Shown here: piece by piece, positions 1 to 10,748 of the stretch | How positions within the stretch are numbered: the stretch's first letter is position 1 | Layout: every line of letters starts with the position of its first letter | Assembly (NCBI GenBank): GCA_944323245.1 | Contig: CALURT010000013.1 | Span: 274-64,273, forward strand | Direction of reading: 5' to 3' | Origin: an uncultured Bacteroidales bacterium | GTDB taxonomy: Bacteria; Bacteroidota; Bacteroidia; Bacteroidales; UBA932 | DNA: 64,000 nt | Program-made: the position numbers and the translations under genes | Notes under the pieces: model-generated | Seen by the model: only the letters and a program-made list of their open reading frames with translations | The model's database searches: none | Told to the model about the DNA's origin: nothing

Positions 1-2
1 AA

Positions 3-1223
3 TTGGACAAATTCAACGGCAACGCAGGAATAGGAGTCATCAGCGACACCGACCCACAGCCGATAATCATCAATTCCCACCTCGGGAAATTCGCCATCGT
101 CACGGTTGCCAAGATCAACAATCTTGCGGAACTCGAAAACGAGCTTCTGTCCAAAAACATGCATTTCGCCGAATTCAGTTCGGGAAAGACAAACCAGACG
201 GAACTTGTGGCACTGCTCATCATACAGGGACATTCTTTCAAGGAAGGCATAGAAAACGTATTCAACAAGGTCAAAGGCTCATGTTCGATGCTGATTCTGA
301 CTGAAAACGGAATAATTGCAGCAAGGGACAAATGGGGCAGGACACCGATCGTAATCGGGAAAAAGGGCGGGGCATACGCCGTCACGAGCGAATCATGCAG
401 TTTCCCGAACCTGGACTACCAGACCGAAAGATACATCGGCCCCGGAGAAATCGTGAGGATATTCCACGACCATGTCGAAGAAATAAGGCCGGCCAACAGG
501 GAAATGCAGATCTGCTCTTTCCTTTGGGTCTATTACGGCTTCCCTACCTCAAGTTACGAAGGAAGGAACGTCGAACTTGCCAGATTTGAAAGCGGCCTCA
601 AAATGGGTAAAAAGGACACTTCCGATGCGGACTGCGTATGCGGGATTCCGGATTCTGGTATCGGACAGGGTTTAGGCTACGCCGAAGGAAAAGGGATTCC
701 GTACCACAGGGCCATCACCAAATACACGCCGACATGGCCGAGAAGTTTCACTCCGAGCAATCAGGAGCGCAGGAATCTCGTGGCCAAAATGAAACTTATA
801 CCGAACCGGGCCATGCTCGAGGGCAAAAGAATCATTTTCTGCGACGACTCCATAGTCAGGGGGACGCAGTTGCGTGACAATGTGAAAATCCTGTACGAAT
901 ACGGGGCAAAGGAGGTACACATGAGAATAGGATGCCCTCCCCTTGTCTACGGTTGTCCGTTCCTCGGATTCTCGGCGTCAAAGACGGATCTCGAACTGAT
1001 TACCCGCCGTATAATAAAGGAATTCGAAGGTGACGAAAACAAGAATGTCGAAAAATACGCCGACCCTTCTACTCCGGAATACAAAAGGATGGTAGACAGG
1101 ATTGCCGCAGAATTCGGGCTTACATCATTGAAATTCAATACAATAGAAACACTGATAGAAGCTATCGGGCTGCCAAGGTGCAAGGTATGCACTCATTGCT
1201 TCGACGGTTCGAGCACGTTCTGA
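3..1223 (+). CDS. purF: Amidophosphoribosyltransferase (5' end outside window)
   Basis: Glutamine amidotransferase region (ARDKWGRTP), PRPP-binding FCDDSIVRGT, Fe-S cysteines CPPLVYGCPF and CKVCTHCFDG. Confidence 0.9.
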   Translation: MDKFNGNAGIGVISDTDPQPIIINSHLGKFAIVTVAKINNLAELENELLSKNMHFAEFSSGKTNQTELVALLIIQGHSFKEGIENVFNKVKGSCSMLILTENGIIAARDKWGRTPIVIGKKGGAYAVTSESCSFPNLDYQTERYIGPGEIVRIFHDHVEEIRPANREMQICSFLWVYYGFPTSSYEGRNVELARFESGLKMGKKDTSDADCVCGIPDSGIGQGLGYAEGKGIPYHRAITKYTPTWPRSFTPSNQERRNLVAKMKLIPNRAMLEGKRIIFCDDSIVRGTQLRDNVKILYEYGAKEVHMRIGCPPLVYGCPFLGFSASKTDLELITRRIIKEFEGDENKNVEKYADPSTPEYKRMVDRIAAEFGLTSLKFNTIETLIEAIGLPRCKVCTHCFDGSSTF

Positions 1224-2533
1224 CCATTCTGACTATTCTGACGGAAACATACAAGGAGCAGGTTTTCCGACTTCCCGTCGGTAAAATCGCACCTCAGGCC
1301 GAAGATATGCGCCGGCAGGTATCCGGGAACGGACTTGCCGGCGCATCGTTTTCCTGACGACGCCTTCGCAAGCATGGTTTCCGTAGTCATAGGAACATTG
1401 CGGGCCGTCATGTCCGCTCCGGGCCATTTCCGTCCCGTTTCCTTGAGAGTCCTGTTGTTCAGGGGAAGTATTTCCCTTATTTCAAATATCTTCCCGTATT
1501 TTTCCAATTCCATGCAGGCGGAAGCATCCTCTGTGTCAACAATATAATAATGTGTGGACACGCCGAGTTTCTTCAACGGGAATCTCGTGCAGAGGGCATT
1601 GAAGGCTGCTGTCTTCATGAGCGACTTTCCCGGTTCGAACAGAAATGCCCCCTTTTGCAATCCGGCAGCCGAGGACAGGAAAACAGGCCTTGAATTTCCG
1701 AGCTCATCCATGGTGAACCGGAGCGACCCGTGCTCTGTCGAAGCCGTCACGCTGCATTCTCCCTGCCATTCCCTGTCCGCCATGACGAGCAATTCCCTGC
1801 ATTCCCCCTCGTAAGACAGGGCATGGATTTCCCTGCAATGAGCGCCAAGTCTGTCGAGGACCATGGAAATATCAGCCATCGGCGAGAGTTTCAGCAGGAG
1901 ATAACGGGCGGCTTCGAAAAGTTCGTCCTTGAGTTTCAGGACATCGGGACTGCAGTCTTCCATAAGGAAAACCTTTTTTCCTGCACCGTCACGCCTCGCA
2001 GGATCGAGAAAGATAATGTCGGGGCTGAAATCCCCGAGAATTTCCTTTATCGAAGTGCCTTCGGCTCCTGCCGGAACAAGCCTCTCCGAAGATACAGACG
2101 CATTCCCGATTCCGAGAAGTCCGAAATTGTGGAGTGCGGCATCTGCAAGGGCCGGAACGGCTTCGTTGTACAGGACCTTTGAGGCAACCTTCGAAAACGC
2201 CCACGAATCCACGCCGAGGCCTCCGGTAAGATCGGCGACTCTGAAAGTGCTGGCCATCCCGTTGTCTTCCCTGAAAATACGTTCGCACAGCGCTGCCTTG
2301 AAGTCCGCCGTAAATTCCGAACTGCATTGCTCTCCGGACAATGCGGAAGGGTAAACCAATTCCGGATTTCCGTACCATGAGGGGACTTTGGTCCTGAGTT
2401 TCTTCCTGACAATAACGGTATTGACTGCTTTTTGGAAATCAAAGCCGCAGTCCCTGAACCTGTCCCTTGACAGAATCAGTTTCTGAACGTCGGCCGTCTC
2501 GTTGGCCGTCACGAAATCGGAGAATCTGCTCAT
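1193..2533 (-). CDS. Class I SAM-dependent methyltransferase, THUMP-like domain family
   Basis: SAM motif ADLTGGLGVD, FLDPARR, KLSPMAD. Start re-called at ATG 2533 (MSRFSDF). 3' end overlaps purF convergently by 31 nt. Confidence 0.75.
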   Translation of the reverse strand: MSRFSDFVTANETADVQKLILSRDRFRDCGFDFQKAVNTVIVRKKLRTKVPSWYGNPELVYPSALSGEQCSSEFTADFKAALCERIFREDNGMASTFRVADLTGGLGVDSWAFSKVASKVLYNEAVPALADAALHNFGLLGIGNASVSSERLVPAGAEGTSIKEILGDFSPDIIFLDPARRDGAGKKVFLMEDCSPDVLKLKDELFEAARYLLLKLSPMADISMVLDRLGAHCREIHALSYEGECRELLVMADREWQGECSVTASTEHGSLRFTMDELGNSRPVFLSSAAGLQKGAFLFEPGKSLMKTAAFNALCTRFPLKKLGVSTHYYIVDTEDASACMELEKYGKIFEIREILPLNNRTLKETGRKWPGADMTARNVPMTTETMLAKASSGKRCAGKSVPGYLPAHIFGLRCDFTDGKSENLLLVCFRQNSQNGQNVLEPSKQ

Positions 2534-2648
2534 GAAATACGATTTAATCACAAAAATAGAACATTTTAAGATAAATTTATTATATTTGTTTGATATGTGT
2601 TTACTGACTGCAATCATAATTAATGACTAACTTTCAAATGACTCAAAT

Positions 2649-4313
2649 ATGGAAAAGGATTTCAAGGCCGTAGCCCAGAGCTGGCTCGACGGCAATTACG
2701 ACCATGCGACCAAATGTCAGATTTTGGAACTGCGCAACAACGACCCTGCAGGATTTGAAGATGCGTTCTACAAGAATCTCGAATTCGGGACAGGCGGACT
2801 CCGCGGCATCATGGGTGTCGGGACCAACAGAATGAACAAATACACTGTCGGAATGGCGACACAAGGTCTTGCCAACTACATCAAGAAGCATTGTACCGGA
2901 GATGACATCAAGGTCTGCATCTCCTTCGACAGCAGGAACCACAGCAAGGAATTCGCCAAAATCACGGCTGACGTCCTTTCGGCCAACGGTATCCATGTAT
3001 TCATTTTCGACAATCTGCGTCCGACTCCCGAGCTCAGTTACGCCATCAGGAAAAAGGGAGCGCAGGCCGGTGTCATGGTGACTGCATCGCACAATCCAAA
3101 GGAATACAACGGCTACAAGGTATTCTGGTCCGACGGTGCACAGATTACCTCCCCTGTGGACAAGGACATCGTAGCTGAAGTAAATGCCATTACCGACCCT
3201 TCAATGGTGAAATTCGAGGCCACCGACGAATGCGGGGAAATCGAAACGATGGGTGCGCAGATGGACGAGGATTATCTCAACGACATCCTTTCCCTCATGC
3301 TGTCTCCTGAAGCAAGGGCAAAGCATACGGACCTGAAATTCGTCTACACACCGCTCCACGGAACAGGCGTAAGGCTCGTGCCTGAAGCTCTGAAAAGGCT
3401 CGGATTCAAGAATGTATATCACGTGCCGGATCAAGACGTCAGCGACGGGAACTTCCCTACGGTAATGTCCCCTAACCCGGAGGAGCCTTCGGCCCTCAAA
3501 ATGGCCATAGAAACAGCTGACAGGAAAAATGCGGACATCGTGCTCGCCACTGACCCGGATGCGGACAGGATGGGTATAGCCGTACGGGACAATGACGGGA
3601 AAATCGTGCTCTTCAACGGCAACCAGACAGGCTCCATGCTTACATACTACATCCTCACCCGCTGGAAGGAACTCGGGAAATTGGATTCCACGAAATACGT
3701 CGTCAAGACGATTGTCACTACGGAACTTATCAGGGCCATTGCCGAAAAGTTCGGGGTCAAGGTCTACAACGTCCTGACCGGCTTCAAATACATAGCTGAA
3801 ATCGTAAAACAGAACGAAGGCAAGGGTGAATTCATCTGCGGCGGCGAGGAAAGCTACGGCTTCAACGTCGGCGAATTCGTACGTGACAAGGATGCTGTAA
3901 TCGCCTGCTCCATGGTAGCTGAATGTGCATGCTGGGCCGCCGAGCAGGGCAAGACCCTTTACCAGCTTCTTCAGGACATATACAAGGAATTCGGATATTA
4001 CAGGGAATCCCTTACCTCCCTTGTCCGCAAAGGAAAATCCGGTGTGGAGGAGATTGCAAAAATAATGTCCGACCTCAGGACGACGCCTCCGACGGAACTC
4101 GCAGGCTCTCCTGTCACCAAGGTAATCGACTACAACAAGCCGGAAGAAACAGGACTTCCGAAATCAAATGTCCTGCAGTTCTTCAACGAAGCCGGGGATG
4201 TCGTATCTGTAAGGCCTTCAGGTACCGAACCTAAGATCAAATTCTATTTCGGTGCGAAAGGTGACGATGCCGATGCCAAGATCGAAAAGCTCAGAAACCA
4301 GTTCATCAAATAA
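2649..4313 (+). CDS. pgm: Phospho-sugar mutase (phosphoglucomutase/phosphomannomutase)
   Basis: FGTGGLRG, catalytic TASHNP, metal loop DPDADR, GGEESYG, RPSGTEPKIK. Confidence 0.92.
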   Translation: MEKDFKAVAQSWLDGNYDHATKCQILELRNNDPAGFEDAFYKNLEFGTGGLRGIMGVGTNRMNKYTVGMATQGLANYIKKHCTGDDIKVCISFDSRNHSKEFAKITADVLSANGIHVFIFDNLRPTPELSYAIRKKGAQAGVMVTASHNPKEYNGYKVFWSDGAQITSPVDKDIVAEVNAITDPSMVKFEATDECGEIETMGAQMDEDYLNDILSLMLSPEARAKHTDLKFVYTPLHGTGVRLVPEALKRLGFKNVYHVPDQDVSDGNFPTVMSPNPEEPSALKMAIETADRKNADIVLATDPDADRMGIAVRDNDGKIVLFNGNQTGSMLTYYILTRWKELGKLDSTKYVVKTIVTTELIRAIAEKFGVKVYNVLTGFKYIAEIVKQNEGKGEFICGGEESYGFNVGEFVRDKDAVIACSMVAECACWAAEQGKTLYQLLQDIYKEFGYYRESLTSLVRKGKSGVEEIAKIMSDLRTTPPTELAGSPVTKVIDYNKPEETGLPKSNVLQFFNEAGDVVSVRPSGTEPKIKFYFGAKGDDADAKIEKLRNQFIK

Positions 4314-4331
4314 TCCTGAACCGATTTCGAT

Positions 4332-4793
4332 ATGGAACGTACTTTGGTAATACTCAAGCCTGGAACAGTCCAAAGGGGACTGATAGGAGAAGTGATTTCG
4401 AGATTCGAAAAGCGGGGTCTGAAGCTCGTGGCGATGAAAATGAAGCAGCTTACGCCTGAGATTCTCGACGTACATTACGCCCATCTTGCCGACAAGCCGT
4501 TTTTCAACTGGCTGAAAGATGCCATGATGGCCGCACCCGTCATCCTGTGCTGCTGGGAAGGATTCGAAGCAGTCAAGGTGGTCAGGGAGATGGCCGGGGC
4601 GACCAACGGCAGGAAGGCGGTACCGGGAACCATCAGAGGTGACTATTCCGTAAGTTCGCAGGAAAACATCGTCCACACTTCAGATTCCGTGGAAAACGCG
4701 AAAATCGAACTCGAGAGATTTTTCTCTCCTGAAGATTACTGCGAGTATCCGTCCCCGTTGGACAAATACCTCTACGCACCGGACGAGCACTGA
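4332..4793 (+). CDS. ndk: Nucleoside diphosphate kinase
   Basis: ERTLVILKP, GTIRGD, catalytic NIVHTSDS. Confidence 0.95.
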   Translation: MERTLVILKPGTVQRGLIGEVISRFEKRGLKLVAMKMKQLTPEILDVHYAHLADKPFFNWLKDAMMAAPVILCCWEGFEAVKVVREMAGATNGRKAVPGTIRGDYSVSSQENIVHTSDSVENAKIELERFFSPEDYCEYPSPLDKYLYAPDEH

Positions 4794-4808
4794 TCTTGTC
4801 TTATTATT

Positions 4809-4841
4809 AATCCGCTGCTTCGGAATACGAAGCAGCGGATT
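4809..4841. terminator. Probable bidirectional intrinsic terminator between convergent ndk and peptidase
   Basis: Perfect 14-bp stem AATCCGCTGCTTCG / CGAAGCAGCGGATT with a 5-nt loop, followed by T residues. Confidence 0.85.
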
Positions 4842-4846
4842 TTCTG

Positions 4847-6946
4847 TCAGTCCGACAGGAGGTATTTTTTCCAGAATTCACGGTTGGCGGCCTTGAAGTG
4901 AGCGCCCTGATAACCGCGGTAGCCGTGCATCCCGTCGGGATAAATCATCAGCTCGAATTTCTTTCCCTGTTTCTGCAGGACATCGACCATCTGCAACGTA
5001 TTCTGGAAATGCACGTTGTCGTCGCCGGTCCCGTGCGTGATTTTCAGCATTACAGGCTCGACACCCGACAGGGAATCCGAATATGACACCGGATATTCAC
5101 CGGCATAATTCAGGACACAGGATTCCTCATAGCCTTCAGGATTGTCCTGAGGAGTACGCATGTACCTTTCGGTATAATGAGAATCATAAAGCCGCCAGTC
5201 GTACACTCCCCCGCCGGCAATCCCGTAATGGAATCTGTCCGAAGCCCTGAAAAGAAGCAACGTCGTCATGGTCCCTCCGAATGAAAAGCCCTCTACTCCT
5301 GTTTTGGCGCCATCGACATAGCCGAGGGAAACCAAGTAATCGGCCCACTCGACGAAATCCCGGACCTCATGCACGGAAAGCCGTCCGTATATCATATCCA
5401 AGCCTTTACGACCGTTGTGACCGGCGGCCCTGCAGTCAGCCGTCACCTGTATGATACCGTTGTCGGGCCACCACTGATTGTCAGCATCCGGAGTTTTCCA
5501 CCTGTCACGCACGAGAGGAGTGGCCGGACCTCCGTAAATATCGACATGGACAGGATATTTCCCCGACGGATCGAAATTTTTAGGATACACTATCGACGCA
5601 GGCAGTTCGAATCCGTCCGAAGTCGTCATGTAAATGATTTCAGGCAAGGCATAATCAGATGGATTGAAATCCTCCCCGGCCATGTCAGCGACGACCTTGC
5701 CGCTTTTCCAACCTTTGCGTGAAGTGAAAATCCCGATTTTGTCCGGAGTGACCGAATTTGAGTAACGGGCGATGAAATATTTCCCGTCGGGGGAAAATGA
5801 CACCGAATGCACATCGTATGAAGTATCCGTAAGGGCGACAATACCGTTTTTGCCTGTTCTGTAAAGGGCCGCCCTGACAGGAGTATCCCTTTTGGCCGTA
5901 AAATAGACAGTCCCCGATTTTTCATCCGCATATTCCAAGGAAATGTTCCTGTTCGTCCCCTCCGTCAGACGCCGGAACTCCTTGCCGTCGTAGGAAAGGA
6001 AATAGATCTGCTCCCAGCCGGTCTCGAAATTCCTGACCATATAAAGACCGTCTTCGGTAAATATTGTTTCAGTAATCCAGTCTATCCATGTAGGATAGGA
6101 TTCCCTGTAAACGGATGTACTGGAACCTGTGGCGGGATCCACGGCGAAAAGTTCGAGGGAATTCTGCAGCCTCGGCATCCTCGATACGAAAAACCGCTGT
6201 CCGTCTCCGTCCCAGAAAGGTATTCCGAAATATCCGTCCTCAGAAGTGTCGGAATCGGCCCATACGACGGACGGCGAGCCTGTCATCGAGGCTTCTACGT
6301 CAGCGAACCCGATTTTCACCACGGGATTGGTTTCCCCGGCCTTGGGATAGCGTGTCTCATTCAGTTTCCCGTCCTGACCGAAAGGCGAATAAATCGGGAA
6401 AACCGGCACGGAAGAATTGTCAAAGCGGTAAAAGCCGATTTTCCGGCTGTCTGGAGACCACCAGAAAGCCCTGTATTTCGACGGCCGGCCCAATATTTCC
6501 TCATAATAGACCCAGGAGGCATAGCCGTTCAATATCACATCCGAACCGTCCGAAGTCAGCCTGTACTCCTTTCCGGAAGCTATGTCAGCCACATACAGAT
6601 CATTGTCCCTGGTAAACGCAAGCATCGTCGAATCGGGAGAATAGGTAAGATTGACGGCTCCTTCCGGCTGCAGCGGAAATTCTCCGTATTTTTCAGGACA
6701 GGATACGCCTGAAGTCATCCTGCCGTCAGCAGCATTCACCGAAAAGGCGGAAGAATCGGCATATGTGCCGTCGTATGAAAATACGGCTTCCTTGTCGGAA
6801 ATCCATTTCCACGAAACCGGAATTTCATTGAATACATTCTCCTGCGTATTTTCAGGAGAAATATTTTCTGCGGAAAGCTTTCCTGCGGAAAGTCCGCAGG
6901 CAACAAACAGGCAGGATACAGCCGATACAGTTCCAATATGAATCAT
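4847..6946 (-). CDS. S9B dipeptidyl-peptidase IV-like serine peptidase (secreted)
   Basis: Signal peptide, YYEEI motif, YPKAG, nucleophile GFSFGG, DDNVH, C-terminal HGY. Confidence 0.88.
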   Translation of the reverse strand: MIHIGTVSAVSCLFVACGLSAGKLSAENISPENTQENVFNEIPVSWKWISDKEAVFSYDGTYADSSAFSVNAADGRMTSGVSCPEKYGEFPLQPEGAVNLTYSPDSTMLAFTRDNDLYVADIASGKEYRLTSDGSDVILNGYASWVYYEEILGRPSKYRAFWWSPDSRKIGFYRFDNSSVPVFPIYSPFGQDGKLNETRYPKAGETNPVVKIGFADVEASMTGSPSVVWADSDTSEDGYFGIPFWDGDGQRFFVSRMPRLQNSLELFAVDPATGSSTSVYRESYPTWIDWITETIFTEDGLYMVRNFETGWEQIYFLSYDGKEFRRLTEGTNRNISLEYADEKSGTVYFTAKRDTPVRAALYRTGKNGIVALTDTSYDVHSVSFSPDGKYFIARYSNSVTPDKIGIFTSRKGWKSGKVVADMAGEDFNPSDYALPEIIYMTTSDGFELPASIVYPKNFDPSGKYPVHVDIYGGPATPLVRDRWKTPDADNQWWPDNGIIQVTADCRAAGHNGRKGLDMIYGRLSVHEVRDFVEWADYLVSLGYVDGAKTGVEGFSFGGTMTTLLLFRASDRFHYGIAGGGVYDWRLYDSHYTERYMRTPQDNPEGYEESCVLNYAGEYPVSYSDSLSGVEPVMLKITHGTGDDNVHFQNTLQMVDVLQKQGKKFELMIYPDGMHGYRGYQGAHFKAANREFWKKYLLSD

Positions 6947-8388
6947 TTTTCGAAAAACTTATCGTTGAAATTTACGAAATAAACCTTTTCCACCCCTCTC
7001 GTCACTGCCGTATAAAGCCATTTCAAATCATCCGGGACAAGGGATTCCTGCCAGAAAGGATTGTCGATGAACACGCATTTCCATTGTCCGCCCTGGGACT
7101 TGTGGCATGTAATGGCATTGGCATATTTCAGTTGCAGGGCATTGTAATATTTGTCTTCCCTCACGGCATCGTAGCGTTTTTTCTTGGAACGGATATGGCC
7201 GTAATCCTCGTTGACGCCGTTGTAGAGCATATTCTGCTGCTCGTATGTCAGGGATGCACTTTCAGAGCACAGGGTATCGAGGATGACGTTTGCCACGATT
7301 TCCTGATCGTCATAGTCAGGAAAGGACAGCCTTGCCTTGGCGAAATGCAGTCCGTAACGGTCCTCGTATCCCGAAATCCTTACAAGCCGTGCAATATCGC
7401 CGTTGGCGATGTAATCCATGCCCTTGACATCCTCCACGAACTGATAGCAGTTCTTGACTATCATCAGTTTGTCTCCCCTTACCAGGCGTTCCTCCTTGAA
7501 CTGGACAGCCGCCCGGATTCCCTGGTTGTATCTTATCGCCCTTTTGTTCGAACGGCAGAGTATCACCGTGTCATCTTCCCCGTAACGGGAATAAGCATCG
7601 GACAGCTTGTCTATAAGGTCACCTCCCGTAATGCGTTCCACGTCATCAAAACCGTCGGTCGAAAGCCTCGGAACAAGATCGCCGAGATCTTCCGAAAAGT
7701 CTTCACACCGGACTATCATTTCCCGCAATACCGTTGCATTGTGAAGTATCCCGGACGCTTTCGGCTGTCTCACCACAGTGGTCAGAGCCGCCCATTCCAC
7801 GTTTCCCATCATCGCCATGTAATCTTCGGAAAGGGCCGGACTTGCATCCAATCCGACAGGCGGAAGTTGCGCAGAATCACCTATTAAAACAAGTTTGTTT
7901 CCTTGAGCGCTTCTCACGTATGTCACGAGGTCGTCGAGAAGATTTCCCGAACCGAACAGTTGTGTGGACTGCTGCTGCATGGAATCTATGCCGAGAAGCG
8001 AGGCCTCGTCCACGAAATAGACAGTATCCTTGTCCTTGTTAGGGGCAAGAGTGAATTGTCCGAAACCGTCTCCTCCGACGGATTTCTGTCTGTAGATGTG
8101 TTTGTGGACAGTATATGCCGGAGCGGCGGCGTATGAAGAAAACACCTTTGCAGCACGACCGGTAGGAGCAAGCAGGACGCATTTCAGATGGAGACTTCCG
8201 AGAAGGGAAACGACAGCTGCCACTGCAGAGGTCTTGCCTGTTCCCGCATAGCCGTTTATGACGAAAATATCTGACTCGTCGCCCAAAAGGAAAGAGGAAA
8301 TCTTCCTTATCATGTTTTCCTGGCACGGAGTCGGTTCGTATTTCAGCCGGGAAATTATGCCTCTTGCTATGAAATCCGCACTTCCCAT
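6943..8388 (-). CDS. RecD-like SF1 ATP-dependent helicase
   Basis: Walker A GYAGTGKT, DEAS, GDSAQLPPVG, AITCHKSQG, LYTAVTR. Confidence 0.88.
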   Translation of the reverse strand: MGSADFIARGIISRLKYEPTPCQENMIRKISSFLLGDESDIFVINGYAGTGKTSAVAAVVSLLGSLHLKCVLLAPTGRAAKVFSSYAAAPAYTVHKHIYRQKSVGGDGFGQFTLAPNKDKDTVYFVDEASLLGIDSMQQQSTQLFGSGNLLDDLVTYVRSAQGNKLVLIGDSAQLPPVGLDASPALSEDYMAMMGNVEWAALTTVVRQPKASGILHNATVLREMIVRCEDFSEDLGDLVPRLSTDGFDDVERITGGDLIDKLSDAYSRYGEDDTVILCRSNKRAIRYNQGIRAAVQFKEERLVRGDKLMIVKNCYQFVEDVKGMDYIANGDIARLVRISGYEDRYGLHFAKARLSFPDYDDQEIVANVILDTLCSESASLTYEQQNMLYNGVNEDYGHIRSKKKRYDAVREDKYYNALQLKYANAITCHKSQGGQWKCVFIDNPFWQESLVPDDLKWLYTAVTRGVEKVYFVNFNDKFFEK

Positions 8389-9840
8389 CTATTTGTTGCG
8401 CCTGAAAATCATGGAGAAAACTATGAAAACAGGATAGATTTCCATACGGCCGAATATCATGTCAATAGAAAATATGAATTTCGCTATGAACGGCTGCGCA
8501 TTGTAGTTTCCCATGGTGCTTAGGGAGTCCAAGCCCGGGCCGGCATTGCCGAGGGACGTCAGCGAGCCTGAAAACGCGTCCACGACGTTCACCCCGGCCA
8601 GAAGCAGTATGAAAAAGGAAATCAGGAAGATACCGATGTAAAGGACGATGTACAGAATGGCTGACAACGCCACTTCTTCCTTGACCGGATGCCTTCCGAC
8701 CATAATCTGCGTGACTGATGAAGGGTGCAGAATTTTCCTTACCTGCCTGCTGATGGCCTTGAAAGTGATCAGTACCCTGTCGGACTTCACACCTCCGGTC
8801 GTAGAGCCCGAGCATCCGCACTGGAACACGGCATACATGAGCAGAATCGATGCGAATACCGGCCAGTCCGCATTGTCGGCCGAGCCGAATCCCGTAGTCG
8901 TGATATGGCTGCTGACCTGGAATACGGCATCACGGAAAGCACGGCCCCATGATTCGTAGTCGCCTCCGATTTTCAGGGAAAAGGTTACAAGGACAGACAG
9001 GACTGCGGTAGTCCCGAGGAAGAATTTCACTACCGGCTGGCCGAAAGGCTTCAAGGAACGTGTGGCGAAGACGGCAAACAGAAGTCCGAAATGAATCGAG
9101 GACAGAAGCATGAATATAATGATGACCGCTTCTATGGCTACCGAGTCATAGTACATTATGGACATGTTCTTCGTACTGAAACCGCCCGTGGCCACAGTGC
9201 TGAAGGAGTGGTTCACGGCATCGAAAAACGGCATTCCGGCAAGCATGAGGCACAACGTCTCGAGTATGGCAAGTCCGACATAGACGAAGGCTATCACGTT
9301 GACTGTCTTCATGGAACGGAAACGGTAACCCTCACGCGAAAGGGATGAAAGTTCCATGTTGGTCAGCCTGAAACGGAAAGGACTTGCGTCTGGCATTATC
9401 AGCAGCAGAAAGACCACTACCCCGAGACCTCCTATGAAATGTGTGGAGGATCTCCAGAAAACAAGGCCTCTCGGAAGCGATTCTACGTCGGTAAGTATGG
9501 TCGAGCCTGTGGTAGTATAACCCGAAACGCTTTCAAACCAGGCATTTATCAACGTAAATTCTCCACCCCACAGCACATACGGGAGCATTCCGAACACGAA
9601 AGAGAGCATCCATGACAGGACGATGATCATGTAGCCGTCCTTCAGGGAAATGGCTGATGTCTTTCTGACGAATATCTGCGGGAAGACTCCTACGATGAAT
9701 GTTATGATAAAACTGATGGCTAACGGGCCGAGAGACGAGTCACCGCCGTCCGCTATGGATACCATCATCGACAAAAACATGAACAGCGCACTGACGAGCA
9801 GGGCTATTCCCACGTTCTTCGATATGACTTTAATATCCAT
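8389..9840 (-). CDS. trkH: TrkH family potassium uptake membrane protein
   Basis: Multi-TM; FESVSGYTTTG, TVATGGFS, SGSTTGGVK, GNAGPG pore loops. Confidence 0.92.
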   Translation of the reverse strand: MDIKVISKNVGIALLVSALFMFLSMMVSIADGGDSSLGPLAISFIITFIVGVFPQIFVRKTSAISLKDGYMIIVLSWMLSFVFGMLPYVLWGGEFTLINAWFESVSGYTTTGSTILTDVESLPRGLVFWRSSTHFIGGLGVVVFLLLIMPDASPFRFRLTNMELSSLSREGYRFRSMKTVNVIAFVYVGLAILETLCLMLAGMPFFDAVNHSFSTVATGGFSTKNMSIMYYDSVAIEAVIIIFMLLSSIHFGLLFAVFATRSLKPFGQPVVKFFLGTTAVLSVLVTFSLKIGGDYESWGRAFRDAVFQVSSHITTTGFGSADNADWPVFASILLMYAVFQCGCSGSTTGGVKSDRVLITFKAISRQVRKILHPSSVTQIMVGRHPVKEEVALSAILYIVLYIGIFLISFFILLLAGVNVVDAFSGSLTSLGNAGPGLDSLSTMGNYNAQPFIAKFIFSIDMIFGRMEIYPVFIVFSMIFRRNK

Positions 9841-9883
9841 AATATAATGTCCGTCTGACGAATATATTGGCGGTTATACTATT

Positions 9884-10744
9884 TTATATATCCGAGACGG
9901 AGGAGGATTCGATGTATTTCTCACGTTCTTCCCTCAGTCCCGTAATTCTCCGCTTGAGCTCGGCGTTCTCTTCCGTAAGGTCCTTCAAGCCTTCGTTCAG
10001 TTCCACAAGTTCGTCGTCCCCGTCGAAATCATGGACATATTGCTTGCCTGCCGCACGATAGTCCTTCAGTCCGCCGAGCATCCTCTTGAGAGGCTTGACA
10101 TAATACAGGAGTATGAACACAAGGAACAGCATGACAAGAAGCAGCCCAGCACCTACAGACACCACTCCCGGGATGATACTGCGGTAAAAACCGGCTTCGA
10201 ACGTCTTGGAGTTTTCCCTCAGTTCGACATAAATCATGTCATTGAGCTTCTCTATATCGGATTTTAGCCGTGAATACCGCGGCTGGAGCCTGTCGAAATA
10301 CCATGCTCTCGCATCGATGAAGTCGGACATTACGGCATAGCTCATCTCAAGCGATGTCAGCATGTATGCCGAATAGGAATACATCACAGAATCCACCCTT
10401 GCCACGGCCTCTTCCGAAGAAAAAATCGTCGCCAAGCTGTCGTAATGCGACATGAAAACCTCATTGTCATCCTCGAAATCGAGCGTTGGATTATTGGCAC
10501 CGATAGCGTCGAGGATGCGGAGATTGTAGTTGTCTGCCGCATTGGACAATTTCTGTGAAATATTTATACCGTTGATATTCGTGGCAATAAGGTCCGAGAC
10601 ATAGTCGCTCATCCGCCTGTATTCCAAAAGCGAAATTATACCGGAAAGAAGAAGGATGGCGGCAATGGCGCTCAGTCCGAGTGTCAGCTTGGAACTGAGC
10701 GACAGCCTTATGCCTTTGAATCTCTTGGAGAATTTACGGAACAT
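9884..10744 (-). CDS. Two-TM protein with MCP-type four-helix-bundle periplasmic region and short HAMP-like/coiled-coil tail
   Basis: Two hydrophobic segments flank a ~150 aa helical region; YVKPLKRM...DELVELNE tail; no output domain. Confidence 0.6.
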   Translation of the reverse strand: MFRKFSKRFKGIRLSLSSKLTLGLSAIAAILLLSGIISLLEYRRMSDYVSDLIATNINGINISQKLSNAADNYNLRILDAIGANNPTLDFEDDNEVFMSHYDSLATIFSSEEAVARVDSVMYSYSAYMLTSLEMSYAVMSDFIDARAWYFDRLQPRYSRLKSDIEKLNDMIYVELRENSKTFEAGFYRSIIPGVVSVGAGLLLVMLFLVFILLYYVKPLKRMLGGLKDYRAAGKQYVHDFDGDDELVELNEGLKDLTEENAELKRRITGLREEREKYIESSSVSDI

Positions 10745-10748
10745 GCTT

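Noticed and set aside
3-1223. purF at one edge and a PurL-like ORF at the other as a purine cluster
   Set aside because: They are over 61 kb apart with unrelated genes between; this is a coincidence of window boundaries.
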